The position numbers and the translations under genes were made by a program. The notes beneath the pieces are model-generated. The model had not been told where the DNA came from. It saw nothing but the letters and a program-made list of their open reading frames with translations, and did no database searches. A DNA stretch of 64,000 nt, taken from positions 18,833,881 through 18,897,880 of the forward strand of contig JARFYF010000022.1 of NCBI GenBank assembly GCA_030265395.1. Reading direction: 5' to 3'. Origin of the DNA: Rhina ancylostomus. Its lineage: Eukaryota. Positions within the stretch are counted from its first letter, which is position 1, and each line of letters opens with the position of its first letter. Below are positions 29,147 to 43,954 of this stretch, piece after piece.

Positions 29147-29463
29147 TATTAGTTTTCCCCCAATAACTAAACCTTAAAGTTTGTAGAAACCTTTACAAAG
29201 AATGGTACAGCACAGGAATGGGGCCTTTTGGGCCACAATGTCCATGATGACCCTGATATCAATTCAAACTAATCCCATCTCCCTGTAGTGTCCTCCATTC
29301 CCTGCCTGTTTAAAACCCTCTTAAGTGCTACTATCATATCTGCCTCCACAATCCCTAATAGCTCATTTTTAATCATGTCCTGCGCTTGCAAGTGTGGGGA
29401 GTGGGTTGCTGGAAGAGAAAACACTACTCAAAACATACCTTGAGGGTACATACTGCTGGAGTA

Positions 29464-29590
29464 CAGAATACGCCTGCAATAGCAGGCAAATCCGTTCACT
29501 AATCTCCTAAAAGTTGTTTCGTACATGGAGGCTGTTCACAGGTCAGGCATTCATAAGCTGGGGTGGACCTGTATTAGCTTACTCCCAATA
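29464..29590. repeat. Diverged direct duplicate of 29038-29165 (MITE right half plus flank)
   Basis: cagaata(t/c)gcctgca(g/a)tagcaggcaaat...gtcaggcattcataagctgg(a/g)gtgga(t/c)ctgtattag occurs twice. Confidence 0.9.
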
Positions 29591-31382
29591 TTTAGCTCAG
29601 ACCATAGAATCATAAAAATTTATGGTACAAAAAGGCAGCCACTTGGCCTTGTACGTTCATGCCAGTTAAAAATGAACTTATTTACCCTAACCATACTTCC
29701 AAGTTCTTGGCCTCCTTGTCCTACAAGTTACAGCTTTTCAAAAGCTCACCCAGGTACATTTTTAAAAATGTGGCAAGGGCTTGTAAATCAGGCAGTGAGT
29801 TCCAGACCCATCACATACCAAGTCAAAAATTATTGCTTTAACTTTCTTATAATCCTTCTGCAACTTAAATTTTATAACTCCCAATTACTGCTGACCTGTC
29901 AAGGGAAATAATTCCTACTTACCTTGCTGAGACATCTCATTATTCCTTCCCTTAATTTCAAATTCTACAACACCACCAGAACTCTCCATTTCATAGATCG
30001 AGACCCAATTTTTCCTTTCATGACTTGGCAATGACTTTTGTCTTGTTACCAAAATGAGCTTTATGATACTTTTTAGCCATAAAATGTTTGGACAGAAAAT
30101 GTGTTCAATCCTACAATCATTAATTGCCTACCACATATCCCAATTTGCATTTACATTAATCTCAGGCAGGACTGCAGTCAGGGACTTACAACAGGCATTA
30201 CTATCTTAAGCTGGGAAGGAGGCCTGGATAAAATGTTAATCAACAAAAGCTGATCTGCTCTATTATTAACAGACTGCAGATAAAAATCAAGGCTGATAAG
30301 GTGGTCATTTTGATGCAAACACATCAAACCATCTCCGTGGAGCCATAACATGGAAAGTAATCAACAGCTTCCACCACAGTGGAAAAAACAGCTGAGAAAG
30401 CAGGGTGGGATTCAGGCTTGTTTAAAAAACCTTCAGATACAATTACTTTTCAAAAGCAGATACATTTCAATTGCAAGTTTAACATCTCTTTTGAAATGAT
30501 AACAAGAGTAAGAGGTGAAACAAAAAACTTTCCATTGCAGTCCAAAACCAAACTAACAGCAGCCAGTTAGCTTCAGACTTTCAATGCAGTATTGAATTAT
30601 CAAGGAACCCCATTAGATGCTTCTTGAGGATCAAATGCTAAATTTGTAATGAACTACTCATTGAGATAGCAATCAATGTTGAAAATGGAAATTTTGCCAT
30701 TTGAATACTGACACAAAATGCTGACTACTGGTTGGAATATTCAGTAATATACAAATGAAAATACAGAAAATGTTAATATTGTGTGAAAGGATACAATAAC
30801 TGCACACTTAAACACAGAGCCGCCACCCTCAAAATCAATGCAGCAAGATGTTCTGGATTATTCATTCCACTTCAAGTAATCAAGGAGCAGGATATACCAA
30901 AAAAATAGCACTGCCATTAATCTGGAATCCTGGCGGTGACTTGTTTCACATCTACATCATGAAACAAACCAATCTTTACTTGTACAGGTAAAGAGGCTGG
31001 AAAGAAGCAGTATCTACAGATCTACAAAACACCAAAGGATTTGGCTCCAGTTTTTAAACAAAGGTCAAATAAAAACTTTAGTCTGCAAAAACAAAAAAAA
31101 TCCTTGAAGAATTTATGGTTAAATTGCCTAGAAAGCAGCTTCAAATCCAGATAGGGAATGGTGCTTTGGGATGAAATAATTGGGACATCATACAACCAGG
31201 TGGATCCAGTTTTGAAATTTGTAGCTGCCTGGAGAAATTGTTTGTTGTTCAGGTGAGGATTGTCATACAATCGAGTTGAACACTCTCAAAGGACCAGTCC
31301 AGCATATGAACAGCATCTCAAAATAACAAGGAAAATCACAGTTTAACCATTCTCATCCAATCGAAATCATGCACCCAGATTA

Positions 31383-31568
<186 letters not shown>

Positions 31569-32361
31569 CTAGAAATGAAGAAAATGCAAGCAAATGATAT
31601 GTGGGCTATTTCCTTCTCCTTATCGTAAATGTATTACGAAAATAACTAGATTGCAAATGACTATTTAAGAGCACATAATGTACCAAATTTAGTTTTAGTA
31701 CAAAGAACTAAACAGAGACCATGCAAACAAAAGATGGCTCAAGTTATAACTTGGGCAAGTCTATTACAAAAGTTTGTATGTAAATACCAGTATAAAATTG
31801 ACACTTATCGTTACTAAGGACAATTGTGCTGCAAATAATTGGGTAACTTAAAAGACAATTGAATAAAATTAACAGCAGGCGTAGATTAAAACAAATGAAC
31901 AGCACTGAGAATGACTGAAATGTGTCCACTTATTCCAGCAGCTGAAAGACAATAAGGCAAATCTCAAAATAATGTGTTCATAGCTTCCAGAGTCATCAGA
32001 ATTTGACTATTCTTGCATTGACTGTTCAATTACAGGGAGACCTTTACAGGCATCAAACTTCACACATCAAAATTAGGGATCACTTCCTTGTAATTCTTTT
32101 ACTTTATTCTATAATGGTGTATTCATATGGTGACTTGATACAAATACCAACTTGAAAACAAGTCATCAGCCCATACAGCAAAATCTTATCTCAGACCAAG
32201 GACAACGGTGGTTTCTGCAGGAATCATTTTAAATCAGCCTTTGCTCCTGCCTCCCTTTAAAAGGTCAAAAGATGTTTTAAATGACAATCTAATCTTAGAT
32301 TTAAGAATCCACATTACTGATTACCATATCCTTAATGGATCCTAGCACTTCCATTTCAGTA

Positions 32362-32840
32362 TTAGAGGCTTTAGAGATAGTGCAGAGGAGGTTTACCAGG
32401 ATGTTGCCTGGATTGGAGAGCACGTCTTACAAGGATAGGTTGAATGAGCTAGGGCTTTTCTCCTTGGAGAGGATGACGAGAGGTGACTTGATATGGATGT
32501 ACAAGATGATAAAAGGCAGAGATCAACTTGATGGTTAGAGACCAATGGCTAACACAAGGGGACATAATTTTAAGGTGATTGGAGGAAGATAAGGGGGATG
32601 TCAGGGGTAAGTTTTTATTTTACATGGATTGGTGGGTGTGTGGAATGCATTGCCTGCAAAGATTGTGGGGGCAGAAACATTAGGGACATTTAAGAGACTT
32701 AGATAGCCACATGAATAATAGAGAAATAGGGGGCTATGGGAGGGAAGGGTTAGTTTGATCTTACAGTAGGTTAAAAGGTCGGCACAACATCGTAGACTGA
32801 AGGCCCTGTACCGTGCTGTGATGTTCTATGTTCTATGTTC
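32362..32840 (+). mobile_element. CR1 (HER1-like) 3' fragment with tail
   Basis: ORF 32335..32538 (ALEIVQRRFTRMLPGLE..SYKDRL.ELGLFSLE..RGDLI); tail tgttctatgttctatgttc. Confidence 0.92.
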
Positions 32841-32841
32841 C

Positions 32842-33165
32842 AGAACTTAAGAATGGAAGAAAGTAGGAGCAGGAGTAGGCCACTCGGCCCCTCAAACCTA
32901 CCCCACCATTCAGTAAGATCATGGCTGCTCTATACTGGCCTCATCTCCCCTTCTGTGCCAGATCCCCTGTGCTCTCAATTCCCTGATCTTTCAAAGATAT
33001 ATCTGCCTCCTCTTTAAATACCCCATGACCAGTCTCTACAACCCACTGGGTAAAGAAATCCAGGGATCCACCACCCTCTGTGAGAAGGGGTCTGTGTGCA
33101 CCCCGTTTTTAAATCACCAGCCATCATTCTTGTAAACTTGTCCCCTCATTCGAGATTCCCCCATA
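32842..33165 (-). mobile_element. CR1 3' fragment, tail-to-tail with the previous copy
   Basis: agtaggagcaggagtaggccactcggccc...cattcagtaagatcatggctg is a typical reversed CR1 3' UTR. Confidence 0.75.
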
Positions 33166-33683
33166 AAGCTGATAGTGAGAGAGATTGTGGGTGTATGGCT
33201 TCACACACAGGGTTTCAGATCAAAACATGTCCAAGACTGTGTTGGGTCCAGACAGGGTGGTAAGAGGGGTGCTGTGCTCTTTAGCAGATGGTTCACAGAT
33301 GAGGAGGAGAGGCAGTCACTCATTCATCATCTCGATACAAGGGGGATGAGGGGAAAATGTTACTGATGTGGAGGGAGGTTCTGAACTCACTACCTATAGA
33401 GCGTGGGGAGAAAACAGCCAATCAGAGCCTTCGAAAAGGGACTGGCAGGGATGATCATTCTGAAAAATTAATGAATTGATAAGTAGCCTCTGCGTTGCAT
33501 CATTCTATAAAGCTGGGTTATGGAGAACCCTTTTGTGCCAGCTCGGATTTGGTTCTATTTGAAAAATTCCCCTTGAAGCTGTTCACTAACAGCAGCTAGA
33601 GGTTCCTAATCTACGGCATGGTGTTGGAGGGGTTGTTGGAGGGGAGAAAGATTCCATGGGGTTTGTGATACTATTGAGTAGTT

Positions 33684-33793
33684 TAGAACATAGAGCAGTA
33701 CAGCACAGGAACAGGCCCTTCAGCCCACGATGACTGTGCCAAGCATGGTGCCAAATTAAACTAATCCTTTCTGCCTGCACATGATCCATATCC
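33684..33793 (-). mobile_element. CR1/HE1-type 3' tail running into an N gap
   Basis: tagaacatagagcagtacagcacaggaacaggcccttcagcccac is the reverse complement of the 56660-56704 tail. Confidence 0.85.
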
Positions 33794-33893
33794 NNNNNNN
33801 NNNNNNNNNNNNNNNNNNNNNNNNNNNNNNNNNNNNNNNNNNNNNNNNNNNNNNNNNNNNNNNNNNNNNNNNNNNNNNNNNNNNNNNNNNNNN

Positions 33894-34397
33894 CAGAGGT
33901 GGGGAAGTGGGCGAGGGGAAAGACATAGGGTGATGGGAGGCGAGAGAAAAAAAAAATAGGGGAAAGGGACAAAGGGAGAGCAGTTCCCATAGGTTTGAAA
34001 GTTGGAGACTGCCCACGTGGAATACGAGGTGTTGTTCCTCTAATTTTCATTTGGCCGTGGACAGACACTGTGTGAGAATGTGCAGTAGAAGTGAAATGGC
34101 TGGCCACTGGGAGAAACCGGCTGATGCAGGAGACAGGGCAGAGGTGCTCGACAAAGCAGTTCCCCAATCAGTGTCTGTTCTCACCAATGGAGAGGCCACA
34201 CCAGGAGCAGTAAATAACACCAATGGATCTGTATGTGAAAGACTACCTCCGCAGAAGGATTGTTTCGGGCCCTGGACGGTGGTGATGGAGGCAGCGAAGG
34301 TGCAGGTTGCGCAGCTGCAGCGGTATGTGCCTGGGTAGAGATGGGGATTGGTGCGGAGGGATGAGTGGATGAGGGAGTCACTGTGGAATATTCTCAT
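33894..34397 (-). mobile_element. Penelope-like element fragment, frameshifted GIY-YIG endonuclease region
   Basis: ORFs 34047..34397 (PGTYRC..C.TC...ITTVQGPKQSF) and 33586..34167 (GNCFVEHL...LPVASHF.S..HS) match the Penelope Cys linker and GIY-YIG C-terminal motifs. Confidence 0.85.
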
Positions 34398-34499
34398 GTT
34401 TCCTTAACATTTTGGTTGTTTATCATAATGTTTTGAAACAGAGTTCAAATTGTGTTTGTTACATCCAACTGCTGTTTCATCATGCATTTAGAGGACATT

Positions 34500-35680
34500 A
34501 ATTTGAGACCGGAAATTGCCAAGTCACTTGGCTAGACTCATTATTCAGAAGGTCGTCAAGTGTTGTTCCTCTCTCGTCGGGCTATCTGCACTTCTCTTTG
34601 GAAAACTTTACCAGACACACTTAATTTTGTCTCATGTGATCCTACTATGATAACCCTATTCCTACCGCTATCTGAAATCGCCCTACATACTTGCTCCTCT
34701 TATTCCTACCGACCATTAGAGATCCAACAGTACAATCTCAAAAGGCAAGTCTATCCCCCTCCCCATCCCATTCTTATTCCCAAGTTCTACCCAGGTTGTG
34801 GGCGGTATGGTTGTGTAGCAGTTTGCGTAACACTATTGCAGCGCCAGTGACCCGGGTTCAATTCCTGCCACTGACTGTAAGGAGTTTGTACGTNNNNNNN
34901 NNNNNNNNNNNNNNNNNNNNNNNNNNNNNNNNNNNNNNNNNNNNNNNNNNNNNNNNNNNNNNNNNNNNNNNNNNNNNNNNNNNNNNNNNNNNNACTGACT
35001 GTAAGGAGTTTGTACGTTCTCCCCATGTCTGCATAGGTTTCCTCCCACATTCCAAAGACATATGGGTTAGGAGCTGTGGACATGCTACGTTGGCACCAGA
35101 GGCGTGGCAACACTTGTGGGCTGCCCCACCACATGCTCAGTAAAAAGATGCATTTCACTGTTTCGAAGTACACATAACTAATAAATAGGTACCATTAAAT
35201 GATGCCCCCAGGGGATCGTTCTTCCAAATCAAAAATATAACTCTTTCCTCTCACCTCCGCTTCCATCACACTGTTAGCATCTGTACTTCAAAAGAAGTTG
35301 CCAGTCCCCCACCCTTCAAACATGTTTCTGTAATAGCCATAATTGTCAATCCATGCCCCAAGTTCATCTGTTTTACTTGTCAGGCTTCTTAGATTAAAAT
35401 TACTGTAGTTTAGCCCATCAGTCCTTCCTCACTCCCTGTCCCGCCAACTGGACTTGCTTGCCTTAACTCTCTCATCTACCACACCACTACTCTGGTCAAG
35501 TAGCTCGAGTAAGTCTCCCTGCCAGGATATCAGTTAGTTTGGATGCAACCCATCTCTCTTCAATAGGTTACATCTGTCCTAGAGGAGATCCCAATGATTC
35601 AATAATCTGAATCGCACCCTCCTACACCTGCTCCTCAACCACAAATTTGTCTGCCCTATCCTTCTATTCCTACCTTCATT
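34500..35680 (-). mobile_element. Decayed CR1 5' region hosting the nested V-SINE
   Basis: Reverse-strand remnants of the CR1 ORF1 end and endonuclease start on both sides of the SINE. Confidence 0.5.
34801..35187 (+). mobile_element. tRNA-derived V-SINE (HE1-like), interrupted by an N gap
   Basis: B box GGTTCAATTCC at 34855-34865; V-domain core ggagtttgtacgttctccccatgtctgcataggtttcctcccacattccaaagac; taataaata tail. Confidence 0.85.
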
Positions 35681-36676
35681 GAATACTCTGTATTGAATTC
35701 TAACAGAAGTTGCATGGCAAGAGAAACCAGAGGACTAGGAGTACTGCAGCACAGTACTGAAATAATTAACGACCTGGACAATGGATCTGGAGAGTTAGTG
35801 GTCTATTATCCTACTGTAAACAAAACATCAGTAAAAGTGGAAACAAAGCCTGCAGATTGTTGCTGAAAATGCCATCTTGTCCACTTACAAAAAATAAGAG
35901 TCTGCCATCCTTACAGTCTGGCCTACGTGACCTCAGCACTACCACTGATTAATTGACCCAACTTGGAAATGGTCTTTCTACCAACTATGCTTAGAGGACA
36001 ACAAAGATTGCTCTAGTCACTAACACCCACATCCTGTAAATAATTCTTTTTTTAAAATCTTACTGGTGAAGCTAGCTCAGGAGGTCAACAGGTCTCCTCT
36101 ACCTGCCTTTTGTTTTAAAGTAGATAACATACAGCATATGCAGTGAAAAAATATGACAGAAGGGAAGTGGGAGTAACACACTGATCACTTCAAACAAAAG
36201 GTTGGATGTGGGCAGAATGTCATGGGGATTCACTTCTCCAGTGCACAAATTTATAACAATCTGGAACCAAATATGGAATAGTGACCAGAAGTATATGGAC
36301 AGTAGATCTGGCGATGTTTGGAGATCGGAATAACAATGAGCAGAAAGTAAAAGCAATAAACATTCGTTGAATATGGCAGATGCAGAGACTGGATCTGTAG
36401 CATCATATGCAGGGAATTTTTTTTTATGGTTTGCTATCAGTCACGATAATTAAGAAAACTGAAAGACAGGCAGCAGGATGATCTGCTAAATCATAAAAGG
36501 CATTTTAGTGGAAGAATACATAGTATTCTCCAGCCCCTCCAGATAAAGATTAGGCATTCAGGGTCAAAACACCAATGGCTGCAACTGCATTCAAACCTTT
36601 TCTTCATTGCTTTAATATAAAAAAATGGGAATTTAAATTTATACTAAAATCACTTGGTAGCAGTTGAAGCTATTTA

Positions 36677-36973
<297 letters not shown>

Positions 36974-37227
36974 TCAACCCTTGTGGCTATAGCTACCTCT
37001 GACACCAATTACAGTGATTTAATGAATCACAATGGGTAATTTAGGAACTTGAGCTGTGGTAAATAGGTGGGGTACAGGGAAGGGATGGTGGATGAACTGC
37101 TTTAGCTATAATAAAATCCTTCACCTCTATTTTCCACCTGCCACATGATCAATTAAACCACCAACACACTACACCAAGAAACAGGGATGCTGGCATGGAC
37201 ATACTCCAGCATTGATTTTAAGCTTTA

Positions 37228-37407
<180 letters not shown>

Positions 37408-39012
37408 CTAAAGTACAAGTTACCCACAGATTAAATTTTCTACCTTGCAAATTTAAGCAAATAATACAAGCCATTCACAACTCCATACACATTTGGGTCC
37501 AATAGAGTAGAAGATGGCGAATTTTCAAAATGAAATATTCAGTTTCAATAAACATGTGACAGTCAAATTTAAACAGTCACCCCTCCCACCCCAATCAAAA
37601 TATCCCAATTTCTGAAAAACCCCATCACATCCCAATCCTATTATTTGCACCTGTCCCTTTCCAACATATTCAGCATGACCTAAAGCTTCATAGACAAGCA
37701 GATAAACAATGTTCAATATACTGGGCAGAAAATTACTGCTCTGGTTGATTAACATTAAACCACAGAATTAAGATTAAAGACAATTTGTTAGTGTTTCTTT
37801 AAAATGAACAGGCCTCCCTCCAACTATGCTTCTTTGAAGCATTGCATTATGAAACTTTTCAATTAGCATGACAAAATTTGGATAAATTTCCTCCAAAGAT
37901 TTCTATATTTTCACTTAACTGTTTTAGCTTATGTATTTTTGCTCCAATAATCTCAATTCTAACAAGACTCTATACTGTGCTATTTAATCCCACAGATTTT
38001 CAGATTCACCAATTTTCCCTGGAAAGGTTCCACAATTTTGAGTCATCTACAATTTTCAGTTCCAAAATGGCCATTTACTTCCTCAATAACCACATTGTTG
38101 GTATTGTGTATAAAACCAGCTCCAATGCACTGTATCTCTCAAGTCTGAAATACAACCAGGTGTTACTTTTCCCTATCCAACCCTTAAAATTTATATCTGC
38201 GCCACCACTGTCAATTCTCTTTTGGGCTTTAATTCTGTTCACGTTTATTATGAGATAATTTATCAAAGATCCTTTTAAAAGGATTAATTCTCAGTAATTC
38301 AATTAGGTCTACTTCAATACAAAATTTTCCCACCTTCAAAAGGCTTCCTACTCAAAATATGGCCCATTTCATCACAGCCAGTACTGGTTTCTTTTGTTAA
38401 TTGCTAGAGAAAAAATGATGAAATAAAGTTCTAAACTGATGAAAATAAAACCTGCATCTCTCCTCCTTTCTGCAATTTTCATCAAAACCATCTACGAAAG
38501 GATGATGGAAGTTGTCCATTACAACTATCCTGCAGTTTCTGCATCTTTTAACCTGCACATTTGCTCCCTGTTATCCAATCAAGTGCTCTTCTGAATATAT
38601 ATACATAAAGGCCTGTTTTTTAACTCCTTTTTTTAACCCCTCAACTGTAACTGCATTGTTACCAATCCAGTATTTTAGCCAGGTATAAAGAACAAATCTT
38701 TCCCTTCATTTCACCAGGTCTATTACCACTGTATCACAGATTCAGCTGNNNNNNATTCAGCTGATAGCTTGTAGCTGAAGCTCAAACCCAGCCATGGCCT
38801 ATACACTCAATCCAAGATTATTGTAATTGCAGTGGGTCCTCTTATTTCTGGACTGTTTCTTACATTGTTGTCCCAGCGTGCACCTCCCTTTTCCTTCACT
38901 CTTTAAACCTATTAAGCTCTGTAGCATTGCAACTTGCCCACTTTAAAAATGTACCACCAGCCCCCAACCTCAGAATTGGCAAATTATTTTTGGTCTCTCC
39001 CCACACCCTTTA

Positions 39013-39276
<264 letters not shown>

Positions 39277-39815
39277 TTACATTTTGAGCACCATTAGGCT
39301 TTGTGAAGTGAATATTTTGCATTAAATCCCTTCTTTATCCCATGCCATTGCTTCAACAGCCAAAGAGTTTGATCATTCCTGAAGCATTTCCTTATGCCCA
39401 CAATGTTTGAATATTTTTTGCTCAAAAGGAGAAAAATCAATGCTGAATGTAGTGTAATCTTTCAGATCCAGAGCAACATCTTTACAATAAAGCTTTTACG
39501 TTGCCATATTAGTGAGCCAAAATTTAGTGATAAATTAACAAAGGCCAATGACATTGACCACTGTGTGCATTGGATAGCAATTAATCAAGTCCAGATGCAG
39601 CAGTTAAATGTAGTTCAATGCAATTTTCTTCCTTCAGCTATCTTTCAAATCTTAGAAGAAAGTAAAATTTGACATTTCATACCGAATTCAGATTTGGCAC
39701 TAAGGTGCAAAATACCTCAATCATAATTATCTTTTTTCTGTCTAGGTATGGTTAAATTATTGAAATAATCATAGGACATATACATGCATTAAGAAAACCA
39801 AGTTAAACAAAACTA

Positions 39816-39986
<171 letters not shown>

Positions 39987-40090
39987 CTAATGTAAAACAC
40001 ATTTCAAAAATAAAATTCTAGCTTTACTGAAATGTGAAATATAGTTTCAAAACATTCAAACAGCCAATTCTATTCAACATAGAATAATTA

Positions 40091-40246
<156 letters not shown>

Positions 40247-40419
40247 TCAGCTCAGAACAAAACCAACACATCACTCACCCTTGTTTATATAAAGACTCAA
40301 AATAAAAGCACACATCAACATAATGGAATTAAGGCACTGCACCAACCCACTCAACAACTTTAGCATTAACAACATTGCTTTCTTAAACAGTGAAGTATTT
40401 TTGAAATCAAAAACAATCA

Positions 40420-40875
40420 GGTCCTTCTAAACCTTTTATATCCTTATACTTGCCCCAATGTCCTTTAAACATTGCAATTGTGCCCACCTCTACAGTTCTC
40501 CCTGGCAATGTGTTCAATTTAACTACCATCCTCTGTGGGGGGGGAAAAGTTGCCCCTCAGGTCCATTTTAAATCTTTCCACTCTCACCTTAAATCTACGT
40601 CCCCTAATTTTAGACTCTCTGAGCCAGGGAAAAAGACCGAAACAAACCACATTACCTACTCATGATTCTATATATTTCTCCAAGGTCACCCACAGCCTGC
40701 TACGCTAAAGGGAAAAAGTGAGAACCTATCCTATTAACTCAAGCCCTCCAGTTCTGCTAATGACCTTGTCAACCTTTTCTGCACCTTTTCCAGCTTAATT
40801 ACATCCTTCCTAGGTTTGGGCAACCAGAATTGTGCACAATACTCTCAGTGTGATCTCACCAACAACTTGTACAGA
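40420..40875 (-). mobile_element. CR1 3' fragment, ending about 20 nt from the exon 27 donor
   Basis: Direct similarity to 15730-16140 (aactcaagccctcca...ttttctgcaccttttccag.ttaa). Confidence 0.85.
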
Positions 40876-40892
40876 AGATTAACAAAGATTAC

Positions 40893-40993
40893 CTTGAGTT
40901 TGGAAGCAAGTCCAGTCGATTTGCCTTTCTTAGCATCAGATTTAAATGCATCTACCTCATCATTTGCACTGGCACTGTTTGCACGTGCTGAAG
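40893..40993 (-). CDS. CKAP5: CKAP5 exon 27: ASARANSASANDEVDAFKSDAKKGKSTGLASKLK
   Basis: Manual translation; tag acceptor, gtaatc donor; 101 nt bridges phase 1 to phase 0 as required. Confidence 0.85.
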
Positions 40994-41574
40994 CTATCAA
41001 TGAAAGCAGAATTTGATATCAACCAGATTAGTTTAACATTAAAACAGCATAAACAAGTAACGGAAACTTAAAACACACAATATTTGATGAGTTTGCCAGA
41101 AGTGATAGCGAGTCTGCTGAGCCAAGGGGAAAAGTGAAGGTGCAATTGAAATATCAAAATACTTTTAAAAAAAAATGAATTGGTGAGAAAATTCAAATGA
41201 ATTATGCATTTTTCCAAACAAAAATGAGATGAACACAGATTTAGAAAGCTTAAACTCATTTTACAAATTAATGACTAAAGTATTTAAGTGGACAAACTCT
41301 GAACTGTAGAATATTACATTTGCTATAAAAATCACAAGACATTCTCCAGCATTGAAACTCTGATAGATCCCGTTTATTACAACAAATATCTGTCATTCCC
41401 CGTGATAGATGGAAGAGTAAAAGCATACATCTAGCTTGCTCTGGACAATAAATTTAACAATATTCCTAAGTGGTGAATGGGGCAGAAAATCTACAAGAGC
41501 CCATTAAAGTTGTAGAATGGAAATACAGGGTACATTAAGTTCAGAACAAGTATTTAGTGGAAGGATTAGGTTAC

Positions 41575-41701
41575 CTGCACTTGGTGGCCTGGCTGCACCT
41601 GCATTTGATTTCGAGGATGTTTTAGTTGGTGCTGCTGGTTTAGCTGGCACAACGGCTTGTGCCTTCTCAAGAGCGGTCACCACTTGGTCTTTTGAAGCAG
41701 G
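41575..41701 (-). CDS. CKAP5: CKAP5 exon 26: PASKDQVVTALEKAQAVVPAKPAAPTK...PPSA
   Basis: ORF 41504..41725; aag acceptor, gtaacc donor; 127 nt. Confidence 0.9.
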
Positions 41702-42469
41702 CTTAAGAAAGCAGAAGTGTATCATGTATGGCTATAATGATTACAAAGAGCAGATGCTCCCAGAATCTCAAATAATTACATGAAAAATAATTACATGACT
41801 TAATTGAACCAACAAATTCAAATTCCATAACCAAAGTCAAAATTTATTAATCAGTTTTGTATAACTATTTAACTTACGTAATTTGTCATATATTAAGGAA
41901 AAATAAAACAGAACCTCACATTCAATGCTGGCTATTTGTTGTAAACTCCCAGCATTTGCTAACTCTTGCATCAATACAGGTGACCTCTATTATGGCCGTT
42001 CAGTGGTAATGGAAATTTGCACTTAGAATTCACAAATCATAACCCAAAAAATTTTAGAAACAGAATAAACTCTGTTTTCATGCAAATGGTGAAAAAAGTA
42101 AATAAGATTTACTCTTTCTCACCCGCATTTCTTGATGCACTCAAAGATGAAGTGGTTTCCATTATAGAAAACTGCGATACAGACAGTTTTCAAGGAACAC
42201 AAACCCTGTTCCCAGAACATGGGTGATGCCTGTACTCCCAGAGTTTGCAGCTGATAAGTGTCAAGGGCTTTTTTTTCAAGACTACTTTCTAACACCATAG
42301 AAATAAAACAACTTGAGCTCACAAATAATGATCATTTGGTTCCAAAAGCCCATTCCAATATTGTCTGCACAAAACAATCCTCTACGAGTTGCTGATCAAT
42401 GATACCAAAGAACTGCAATTCTATTCACCAAATGGCAACAGTCATACACGTTCAGTCTCTTCAAGCAAA

Positions 42470-42610
42470 ACAAAAACCAAACTGCTGGGAGTAACTCAAT
42501 GGGTCGGGCAGCAACTGTAGAGGGAAATGGAAAGTTGACATTTTGGGTCAAGACCCTTCTTTTGCTGCATCTTCCAGAAGATTCCAGTATCTTCAGTCTC
42601 TTGTCTCCCC
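42470..42610. mobile_element. Short Penelope-terminal-like repeat
   Basis: aactgctgggagtaactcaatgggtcgggcagca...gacattttgggtcaagacccttc...ttccagtatcttcagtctcttgtctc; related pieces at 25740-25850 and 58940-59000. Confidence 0.55.
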
Positions 42611-43517
42611 TTCGGTCTCTTCAACATTGTTTAATTTTCAAGACATTTTCTAGACTGAAGCTTATTAAATGAAGACATTAACTTCTTGCACTTGAATCTC
42701 AACAATGCCACCTAGACTCTCCAGCATGCATTTCCCAAAACAATTTTCCTAGTTCAACATTGTGAATTTTTGAAAATCAAAACATTAATGGATATTTCAC
42801 TGAGGGAAACACTTAAGCAATATAGCTTCAAACATGCCAGTTGCAGAATGATTAGTGCCTAAAGTCTGTGTGCATGCACGTGTGAAAAATAAAAAAGCAT
42901 TAGCTTCGTCAATTGAATGATTATATCTTGTGCTACAATGAACCAGCCAAGGCTGAAAGTACTGAGCCAAAACTGCAGGCGGTGAATGATAGAGGGATGA
43001 ATATTTGATCTGCAAGGCTTGGCATGTGTTAGGATCAGACAAAGATGCACAACATCCTGTTCATTTGCCACATGGAACATGTTACAGCTCAGTCCAACCT
43101 GCCTGAATGGAGGGCGGTCCACTTCATCGCTCCCTGCCTATACTAATCAAACAACAATGTCTTGTACACAGTCTGGTTCATTACTCCTTTCATCAAAAGC
43201 ACCAAACGGATGGCTCATTCTGCTTCAGACTGTGAGGTCCATACTGCAATGGTGCACAATTCCTCCATCTATAGAAATGGATCACAAGGGTATTTGTGCA
43301 TAATATCTCTATGCTAAAAAAAAAAGTCACCTGTAGAAACCTGACAGCAGGTGAAGCCATCTACATGCTTTCTGATGGATAATGCTCTGCTTATGAGCAA
43401 TGGGAGAGAAAGACATGAATATCAGATCAGTAGGACATGTATTTGTAGGTATTTCATTTGGGTTAAATTTTCTGATTAAATCTTCCAATGTACAAATTGA
43501 TGGTGATTTACATTTTA

Positions 43518-43730
<213 letters not shown>

Positions 43731-43741
43731 CTAAACAGTTA

Positions 43742-43954
<213 letters not shown>

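Noticed and set aside
29038-29165. Possible ribozyme or ncRNA in the duplicated unit
   Set aside because: No hammerhead core (CUGAUGA...GAAA) or HDV-like fold was found; TIRs and TA flanks explain it as a DNA-transposon derivative.
34801-34875. tRNA-like sequence with a B box
   Set aside because: It is the head of a V-SINE, has no full cloverleaf, and continues into the SINE core.
38291-38375. Minus-strand GUGAUGA ... CUGA pair about 85 nt apart (possible second C/D snoRNA)
   Set aside because: No terminal stem, no clear C'/D' boxes and no recognisable rRNA or snRNA complementarity.
41517-41783. Plus-strand ORFs overlapping exons (also 19172-19357, 39119-39325, 45527-45835, 53487-53720, 62437-62625, 62890-63090)
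   Set aside because: These are antisense shadows of CKAP5 exons with no independent coding evidence.
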